Below, one piece after another: positions 57,736 to 64,000 of a DNA stretch of 64,000 nt. The stretch is from a virus (taxonomy: Duplodnaviria > Heunggongvirae > Uroviricota > Caudoviricetes). The first letter of the stretch is position 1. Every line of letters begins with the position of its first letter. The notes under the pieces were generated by a model. The model made no database searches. It was given only the letters and a program-made list of their open reading frames with translations, and was not told where the DNA came from. A program made the translations under genes and the position numbers. The stretch is taken from IMG/VR virus record IMGVR_UViG_3300005831_000057. One strand, given 5' to 3'.

Positions 57736-58242
57736 TTAAATACTGTATTTAGCTTTAATACTTTTATATGCTTCAAGCGCTGCAATGCAGTCATATAATG
57801 GATTGTGACAATTTCCAACTACCACTATATTATTGTTTTTGTTATACGTATCCACCGAAGTTCCAATTTCTGGAAATGCGCTAATATCGATCAATGGGTA
57901 TGGTGCGTCAAAGTCGCCGATAAACCCAAACTCTCTCGCATCTATAAACAGTTTAGCTTCCACTGGAACTCCCATATGAACTATAATTTCAGCGTCATTT
58001 TTGTTCTCCATATAGAAGTCTATGAAGTCGTTTAGCATCCATTTATAGCTTCCATGAGTCATAGGAATATCTTCCATTACTGGCAATACATTATCCCTAA
58101 CAAACTCATTCGTAACTCCTTCAATTGGGCATCGAAAAGTTACACTTGTTATAATTCCATTTTCTTCTAATACCGCAGAGATACTAAATGCCTTGCCATA
58201 TAATCCATTTGTTTCTGCGTCTATACTGATTATTTTTTTCAT
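57736..58242 (-). CDS. DEDDh-family 3'-5' exonuclease (DnaQ-like)
   Basis: Exo I ISIDAETNGL and Exo III CHNPLYDCIA (HxxxxD) motifs. Confidence 0.65.
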   Translation of the reverse strand: MKKIISIDAETNGLYGKAFSISAVLEENGIITSVTFRCPIEGVTNEFVRDNVLPVMEDIPMTHGSYKWMLNDFIDFYMENKNDAEIIVHMGVPVEAKLFIDAREFGFIGDFDAPYPLIDISAFPEIGTSVDTYNKNNNIVVVGNCHNPLYDCIAALEAYKSIKAKYSI

Positions 58243-58382
58243 TATACTTCCTTTCTTTAGATTATTTTATTTTTATTAATCGTTCCATGATTTTATAAGA
58301 CAAATTACAACAAATATCAACGCTAGTACTGTAATAATTAATACCGCTGCGTTAGCATCTCCGTGCATCATAGTATAATATT

Positions 58383-58583
58383 TTATTTTGTCACCTCCTT
58401 CTGTTCTATTTGTTCTATACTGTCAACCAACTCTACTTCGAAGTAATTTTCTTCCGCCTCCTCGAACTTGTCGAATGTTTCTTTAAATCTGATATCGTAA
58501 ATACGCTCTTCCTCATATGTCGCTTGTCTATTAATTGCATAGTAAGCACCAGTTGGATGATATTTGTATACATGAATTCCCAT
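58383..58583 (-). CDS. Hypothetical small acidic protein
   Basis: 66 aa ORF. Confidence 0.3.
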   Translation of the reverse strand: MGIHVYKYHPTGAYYAINRQATYEEERIYDIRFKETFDKFEEAEENYFEVELVDSIEQIEQKEVTK

Positions 58584-58613
58584 CTTTATTTCCTCCTATT
58601 TTTTGTTATACGT

Positions 58614-58940
58614 TTATTGTAAAAATTCAAAATCATACCCATTTACTTTTATATTGATATATAGCCCTTCTTGTTCTATTCCTTGGTCATCACCATTAAC
58701 GAAATAATCATAGTCAAAATGTCCTATTTCGTCACGTAATTTTCGAATACCTTCTACGACTTTATTATATCTATCTTCTGCAATCTTTTTTGACACATTG
58801 AAATGTTCTGTAGCCTCCTCTTTTGTAGCGAAGCAATTTGTCCAATATCGGTTTACTTCCTTTAGTATAAAATCGTTTACACCGTCTTGCTGATTCTGGT
58901 ATGTATAATATATTCTCTTTTCCATTTTTGTTTCCTCCAT
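58614..58940 (-). CDS. Hypothetical protein
   Basis: 108 aa ORF. Confidence 0.3.
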   Translation of the reverse strand: MEETKMEKRIYYTYQNQQDGVNDFILKEVNRYWTNCFATKEEATEHFNVSKKIAEDRYNKVVEGIRKLRDEIGHFDYDYFVNGDDQGIEQEGLYINIKVNGYDFEFLQ

Positions 58941-59121
58941 TCCTCCTATTTATATTTTTCTTTAGCTTCTTTCACAGTCCCACAAAATCCGACTGTTATA
59001 ATAGACGTTCTGCCATTTATTACAATCTTTTCTTTCACCTCTACAGTCTTAAAATGACCATTCTCATGTTCTACAAATTCATACTTATTTACCATCAATT
59101 TTCCTCTTTTCATTTATTTTA

Positions 59122-59670
59122 TTAGTCAATTATAATTCCATCTTTTTTCAAATATTTTCTTAGGGCGTTATAGCTTAATGTTACGCTATATTCTTGCTGA
59201 GTTCCATAATACCTTATGATATTACAAGCGAGTCTAAAATTCGCCCCAGTTTCTCCATATGTAGGAATTTCTTCTATATCAATCCATCTGTCTGTTATAT
59301 TAACAATGTCTTCTGTTATAACAAACTGCCCATGATTATTGTTCCTTACATTTACAACTTTGTATATATCTTCTCTTTCCTCGTAACAGTCTACCCACGT
59401 TTTGCCGTGAATGAATCCATTTAAAGCTCCGAACTCTATCCACCCATTACACGCTCTATTATCCAAGTGTGCTATTGTATATTCTTCTGCATGTTCTGTG
59501 CTTTTAAACGACATTGAGAAAGATAAATTTTCTATCTCCTCTTGTACATTTGTGCCATTTGCTACCAGAAAATAATCTAAGTTACTTAAGTCTACAGATA
59601 TAATTCCGTCGCTAAGTACTTCGCATCCTATTATTTTAACCATGTTATACCTTCTTTCAATTTTTGTCAT
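59122..59670 (-). CDS. Hypothetical protein
   Basis: 182 aa ORF coupled to ardA. Confidence 0.3.
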   Translation of the reverse strand: MTKIERRYNMVKIIGCEVLSDGIISVDLSNLDYFLVANGTNVQEEIENLSFSMSFKSTEHAEEYTIAHLDNRACNGWIEFGALNGFIHGKTWVDCYEEREDIYKVVNVRNNNHGQFVITEDIVNITDRWIDIEEIPTYGETGANFRLACNIIRYYGTQQEYSVTLSYNALRKYLKKDGIIID

Positions 59671-60182
59671 ATTACCTTTATAGCTCCATTGCTCGTAAAG
59701 CTATATCCAGCGTCTCGCCCATATGCTTCATAGTCGAAATATTTTGTAATACAATTGTCTATTCTTAGCATTTCGCCATCTTCTAATAACTTCATTCCTA
59801 AATCTTTATAGTTTGTTATATCATGAAGATAATAATAATTTTTCTGTCCTACCATTTGTAAATAATGTCCTATACATTGAGTATATTCGTCATATTCTGC
59901 TAATGCTTGCAGTTCTTCCATTTCTATTTCGCATAAGCTTTCATACGATTTGTAAACCTTGTTAATGTCGGAATAATTAGTATATGTATATCTTTCAATC
60001 TTTATATCTATATCGCAATCAATATCAAAAGTGGAAAACATTCTATCTCTGTCGCTTATTACATTATTCTTATAGAGTAATGTCTCAAATGCTTGCTCTG
60101 TTATAGGAAACTCAACCCATATCCCTATAACCTCAAAATTATTAATATACTTATTTGTATTTACTACATATACGCTAAACAT
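59667..60182 (-). CDS. ardA: ArdA-like anti-restriction protein
   Basis: N-terminal VVNTNKYINNFEVIGIWVEFP and C-terminal YFDYEAYGRD...SNGAI resemble the ArdA family. Acidic composition. Confidence 0.55.
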   Translation of the reverse strand: MFSVYVVNTNKYINNFEVIGIWVEFPITEQAFETLLYKNNVISDRDRMFSTFDIDCDIDIKIERYTYTNYSDINKVYKSYESLCEIEMEELQALAEYDEYTQCIGHYLQMVGQKNYYYLHDITNYKDLGMKLLEDGEMLRIDNCITKYFDYEAYGRDAGYSFTSNGAIKVI

Positions 60183-60197
60183 CTTATTTTCCTCTTT

Positions 60198-61325
60198 TCA
60201 TTTTATTTTACATCTTGTGAGTATAGTCTGCTTTATTCCATTATACTCATTGAATTCTTTAATAGTTCCTAGCACTGTTATACATCTATCTAGTATTTCA
60301 TTTTGTGTCTTCCATATAAAGATTATTCCATCATTTGACGTTAATCTATACATGTAAGTCAATATAGTTTTGTAATAACTATAACTCGTCGGATAACTAG
60401 TGACAAGTTCTACTTTTAAATTCTCAATAGTGTATCTCTTACCTATTTCGCCATTAAAATGTTTTGTTTCATTATTCTTATTGTTTTGTTCTACGCTTTT
60501 CTTATACTGTACATAAGCATAGGCTATAAAACCATTAGGCTGTTCTATATAATCCCTTGATAAGCTTGATACAATGTTATCAGAGAAATTATTATATGTC
60601 AAGCCCAGATTTTTGAAGTAACTTATTACCTTTTGTGCTACCTCAACGGCTTTCTGTTCTACGTTATTTATACACACGACATCATTGAACGATTTATTTT
60701 TTGTCTCGTCCTTTTGATATCCATATTTATCTATGTTTTCAATACACCTACACAAATAGCTAAATGTTTTGAACATAGGCTTAAATGCACTGCTTTCTAT
60801 GTCTTCTAGTTTGCTTTCTTCGTAACAGAATACATCTAAATCAACATATCCTTTTACGATATCTAAGCAACTGATTCCAGTAAATTCATTGAGACATGTA
60901 CTTCCGACTTGAACAAAATTACCACTAGAATCCACTAGTATGATAGTTTTATTCCTATTTCTTATAGTATTACAGTGGTCACAATTGCCCTTACTTGTTA
61001 TATATTTGTAAGGTACTGTATAGCTATAATCAACCATGTTAACCACGTTTATATTATTTGATTGACTCTGGTTTTTATGGTCTATTACGGCGACGATTTT
61101 ATAATCACCGATTTTTAACTCTCCCATACTAAACTCATAATTGCATATAGTCGTATATGATTTACTATATGTTCTATCAGTTTCGTTGTAGTATGCTACC
61201 TCCTCTATGGTATTTTCAAGTCGTTCAAACGTGTAATTGATACCTAGTTTGTCCAACTTTTTTATAACATGTTCTATCTTTTTTTTGACTTGATAAAACC
61301 GACTTTCCAAGCACTTGTATTCCAT
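60198..61325 (-). CDS. Hypothetical 375-aa protein
   Basis: Start placed at MEYKCLE, which follows an AGGAGG RBS. The longer track ORF overlaps the upstream gene. Confidence 0.4.
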   Translation of the reverse strand: MEYKCLESRFYQVKKKIEHVIKKLDKLGINYTFERLENTIEEVAYYNETDRTYSKSYTTICNYEFSMGELKIGDYKIVAVIDHKNQSQSNNINVVNMVDYSYTVPYKYITSKGNCDHCNTIRNRNKTIILVDSSGNFVQVGSTCLNEFTGISCLDIVKGYVDLDVFCYEESKLEDIESSAFKPMFKTFSYLCRCIENIDKYGYQKDETKNKSFNDVVCINNVEQKAVEVAQKVISYFKNLGLTYNNFSDNIVSSLSRDYIEQPNGFIAYAYVQYKKSVEQNNKNNETKHFNGEIGKRYTIENLKVELVTSYPTSYSYYKTILTYMYRLTSNDGIIFIWKTQNEILDRCITVLGTIKEFNEYNGIKQTILTRCKIK

Positions 61326-61390
61326 GACGTACCTCCTTTTGATTAATACGCAAGCACGCAATAGACTTGTATGCTTGCATGTAACCAAAA

Positions 61391-61711
61391 TTATTTTATA
61401 AATTGTGAAATAAAACAACAATTCTCTGTTTTGCAATATTCAAATGCGCCGTTCAAGACGTTATAAAACCATCTTTCGTCAGAGTTAGCCATTTCTATCT
61501 GTTTTTCTGGTAGCTTTTCAGCTAACCTTTCGCAAACGTCCATAACTAAATTTTCTGGCAACATTAAGTTAACTTTTGCCATATCCCAAATATTCGCTGG
61601 CTCTTCTGTGAAGGTAGTATTATTTACAATGCTATCTACCACCTTTTTATAGTTTTCGTAACCTCTTACTAGTTCTAAATATTCGCTTGACTCCATACTT
61701 ACTTTTGCCAT
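61391..61711 (-). CDS. Hypothetical protein
   Basis: 106 aa ORF downstream of the palindromic operator-like site. Confidence 0.3.
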   Translation of the reverse strand: MAKVSMESSEYLELVRGYENYKKVVDSIVNNTTFTEEPANIWDMAKVNLMLPENLVMDVCERLAEKLPEKQIEMANSDERWFYNVLNGAFEYCKTENCCFISQFIK

Positions 61712-61756
61712 AATTATTATACCTCTTTCGATTTTTTATTTTTGTTATATATTAAT

Positions 61757-61770
61757 GTTTCACGTGAAAC
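61757..61770. promoter_or_regulatory. Perfect 14-bp palindrome GTTTCACGTGAAAC (putative operator)
   Basis: Identical copy at 62544-62557. Both sit in the 5' regions of consecutive small minus-strand genes. Confidence 0.5.
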
Positions 61771-61774
61771 GTTC

Positions 61775-62227
61775 CTATTCATTGATGTTAATCGGTAATA
61801 CTAAACCTATCATATTTTCACTTAAGTCATATATAAATATCGGACTTAATTTTTTACTATTCTTAAATACAATATCTTTTCCGAACATATCTATGTATCT
61901 TTTGTCGGCGTAAACTTTGTACTCTTTATCATTTTCTTTTTCGAACTCTATAGCAGTATACTTATTAAAAACTTTACAATTTGCAGTAGGTTTTACAGTT
62001 TCTGTTGTGTCGCAATTTATAACCTTGTCAAGCGATTCTAATACTCTGATTTTTTTTAATTTTAGCTTATCAATGTCTAAAATCCACTCTTGTTTTTCTA
62101 CAAGAATGATATAATGTCCATTGCTAACTCCAAAATATTTTTCATTCGTAAAGATTGTAAAATCAACTCCACTATTTTTCTTTATAGCCTTTAATATGTC
62201 CATTTGAATTTTTATTGTATCTGTCAT
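61775..62227 (-). CDS. Hypothetical protein
   Basis: 150 aa ORF. Confidence 0.3.
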   Translation of the reverse strand: MTDTIKIQMDILKAIKKNSGVDFTIFTNEKYFGVSNGHYIILVEKQEWILDIDKLKLKKIRVLESLDKVINCDTTETVKPTANCKVFNKYTAIEFEKENDKEYKVYADKRYIDMFGKDIVFKNSKKLSPIFIYDLSENMIGLVLPININE

Positions 62228-62264
62228 TATTTTTTACCTCTTTCAATTTTTATTTTTTGTTATA

Positions 62265-62531
62265 TTAATATATTACCAATACCGACATATTTAATACGCA
62301 AGTACATTGCATGTTTAGCGTATACGCCTTGCCTCTTTTGTATATGAAGGTGTTTAGCGATACTTTTTTGTATAGCTCGCATACCTTTATTTTATCATTC
62401 AATCTGTTATCGGCTATTTCGTCAGCACCAATAAACATAAAATTTTCTAGATGCGCAACATTCTTTAATTCTGTCGCACACATTCTTAAACTTTGAGACT
62501 TTATTATTTTCTTTTGCAATCTTTTATTCAT
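62265..62531 (-). CDS. Hypothetical protein
   Basis: 88 aa ORF. Its 3' end overlaps a repeated TTAATACGCAAG block, so the boundaries are uncertain. Confidence 0.25.
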   Translation of the reverse strand: MNKRLQKKIIKSQSLRMCATELKNVAHLENFMFIGADEIADNRLNDKIKVCELYKKVSLNTFIYKRGKAYTLNMQCTCVLNMSVLVIY

Positions 62532-62543
62532 TTTCCTCCTTAT

Positions 62544-62557
62544 GTTTCACGTGAAAC
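62544..62557. promoter_or_regulatory. Second copy of the GTTTCACGTGAAAC palindrome, immediately 5' of an AGGAGG RBS
   Basis: Read directly from the sequence. Confidence 0.5.
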
Positions 62558-62560
62558 AAT

Positions 62561-63037
62561 TTAATACAAATATATGCACCCACTAGACACGAAATTATAA
62601 CCAGCGTGTATGATGCTTGCGCCATAACTTTTGTAGAAAAAGAAGTTATCAAAATTCAATTCATTTAGCATATCTATGCAGTTGTTTTGTTCTAACATAT
62701 TTTTAACAACTGCTCTACCCAGTTCCTCCTCATTGTTTACATTCCAATAGTACTCATATCTTTTACTAAGTACTATTTCAAGTGCGTCCTGTAGACAACA
62801 CCCTTTTACTTCTATTATAGCGTTAATTATATCAATGTCCACGTTTTCATTATTGGCACGTTCCACCAATAAATTTAATGCATAGATATCATCATAACTA
62901 TTAATCATACCATTAATTACATTTGTTTCCATGTCATCAATGATACATTCCTTCTCTTGCGTTATATTTTTAAGTTCTGTTGCGTCCATAGGCAACGTTA
63001 TCCAATCGCCATTAATTAAAACTTTTATCTCTAACAT
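62561..63037 (-). CDS. Hypothetical protein
   Basis: 158 aa ORF. Confidence 0.3.
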   Translation of the reverse strand: MLEIKVLINGDWITLPMDATELKNITQEKECIIDDMETNVINGMINSYDDIYALNLLVERANNENVDIDIINAIIEVKGCCLQDALEIVLSKRYEYYWNVNNEEELGRAVVKNMLEQNNCIDMLNELNFDNFFFYKSYGASIIHAGYNFVSSGCIYLY

Positions 63038-63064
63038 TTTTTGTTCCTCCTTGTTATATTTTTT

Positions 63065-63619
63065 TTAAAACATTAATCTTAATCTATCCTTTTCATCAAC
63101 CATATGAGGGATATAGTCAATAAAATTTTCAATATACCTCATTTCGCAAGTTTTTGGGTTTGTTATATAAACCCCCTTTTCGTCCATTTCTAGTTTTGAC
63201 GTATACTCTAAGCCTAACATATACGTTTTACCTATTATGTAATACTGATTAATGAAACTTTTTAACTCCTCTCGTATTTTTTCAGGAGAGTAATTGTCTC
63301 TCTTTGACAGTCTAGCGTATTCATGTATAGGGATTATTTTAAACTCCCTTACACTTTTGTAGCTTCCATCTCCCCAACTATAGCAAGAAAATTTAGTGGG
63401 AATATACCCAGCGGGAGTATATGAGTACACAAGTCTGTCATTGAACATAGGAATTGAGTCAACTATTCTTTGATAGTAGTCAACCTCTACGAATTTCGAG
63501 TTTTGTTCTAATGGTTTTGCTGAAAATCCACCACTAGGATTTCTTTTGTATTTTGAAACTGTTACCATTATCACACAATTATTTAGTTCTGATGTATTCA
63601 CATATATACTTTTTTTCAT
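63065..63619 (-). CDS. Hypothetical protein
   Basis: 184 aa ORF. Confidence 0.3.
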   Translation of the reverse strand: MKKSIYVNTSELNNCVIMVTVSKYKRNPSGGFSAKPLEQNSKFVEVDYYQRIVDSIPMFNDRLVYSYTPAGYIPTKFSCYSWGDGSYKSVREFKIIPIHEYARLSKRDNYSPEKIREELKSFINQYYIIGKTYMLGLEYTSKLEMDEKGVYITNPKTCEMRYIENFIDYIPHMVDEKDRLRLMF

Positions 63620-63696
63620 TTTTTGTTCCTCTTTTCATTTTTAATATAGATATCCAAATATACAAAATAGTTAATGTTGCATACTTGGTAAAAATA

Positions 63697-63972
63697 TTAA
63701 AGCATATAGACGTTAGTGATACGTACCTCTATATCTTCAAGTGCTGGGCGAGGTCTTGGAGTTTGACACACGCCGAACCCGTCCGCATTACCGCAATCGA
63801 AACAACATGGCTGTTGGTCTTTTGTTATGCCTAGGTGACAAATTGTATACGTGTTCTCAAATTCATAATTTATCCATAGACTCTCGCCTATTTTGTAACT
63901 ATATGAGTCTTTATTTTTTAGATATAAAGGACGCTCTCCCTCTCCGTCCCAAATTTCTAATAACTTTACCAC
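63697..63972 (-). CDS. Hypothetical protein with a Cys-rich segment
   Basis: 91 aa ORF with CCFDCGNADGFGVC. Confidence 0.3.
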   Translation of the reverse strand: MVKLLEIWDGEGERPLYLKNKDSYSYKIGESLWINYEFENTYTICHLGITKDQQPCCFDCGNADGFGVCQTPRPRPALEDIEVRITNVYML

Positions 63973-64000
63973 GTCGCCAATTTGGACATTTGGTAAATTA

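Overview
Annotation of a 64 kb window from a low-GC tailed phage or prophage of a Firmicutes-type host; the secreted SleB/CwlJ-like hydrolase suggests a spore-forming host. The first ~13.7 kb is transcribed rightward. It holds a 5'-truncated homing-endonuclease-like ORF, a ~200 nt structured GC-richer spacer, the tape measure gene, Dit, a Tal-like tail protein, a lysis cassette (XhlA-like, holin, lysozyme-type endolysin) and a 779-aa SGNH/GDSL-hydrolase protein. From 13.75 kb to the window end virtually every gene is on the minus strand. Many operons there are driven by near-consensus sigma-A promoters (AAAAAAAGTRTTGACA-N17-TATAAT). This leftward region encodes a DNA replication/recombination set: PHP-type Pol III alpha, a primase, a DnaB-like helicase, an SSB-like protein, a Rad52/Sak-like annealing protein, a Cas4-like nuclease and a DEDDh exonuclease. 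It also encodes NrdD, a radical-SAM protein, an anti-restriction set (two Dcm-type C5-methyltransferases, one beta-class DPPY methyltransferase, ArdA), a guanylate-kinase-like enzyme and a metallophosphoesterase-HAD fusion. The most unusual content is a dispersed RNA end-repair and tRNA-mimic toolkit. It comprises a Pnkp-like kinase-HD protein, a lambda-type phosphatase, an Rnl1-like RNA ligase, a Thg1-like 3'-5' polymerase, and a Ro60-like TROVE/vWA protein beside a highly expressed tRNA-like ncRNA locus flanked by direct repeats. A translationally coupled methyltransferase-nucleotidyltransferase-147aa-2TM cassette and a pair of ~485-aa tandem paralogs next to a metallohydrolase are further uncharacterised candidates. 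All calls rest on motif reading by eye; no database searches or folding computations were possible.
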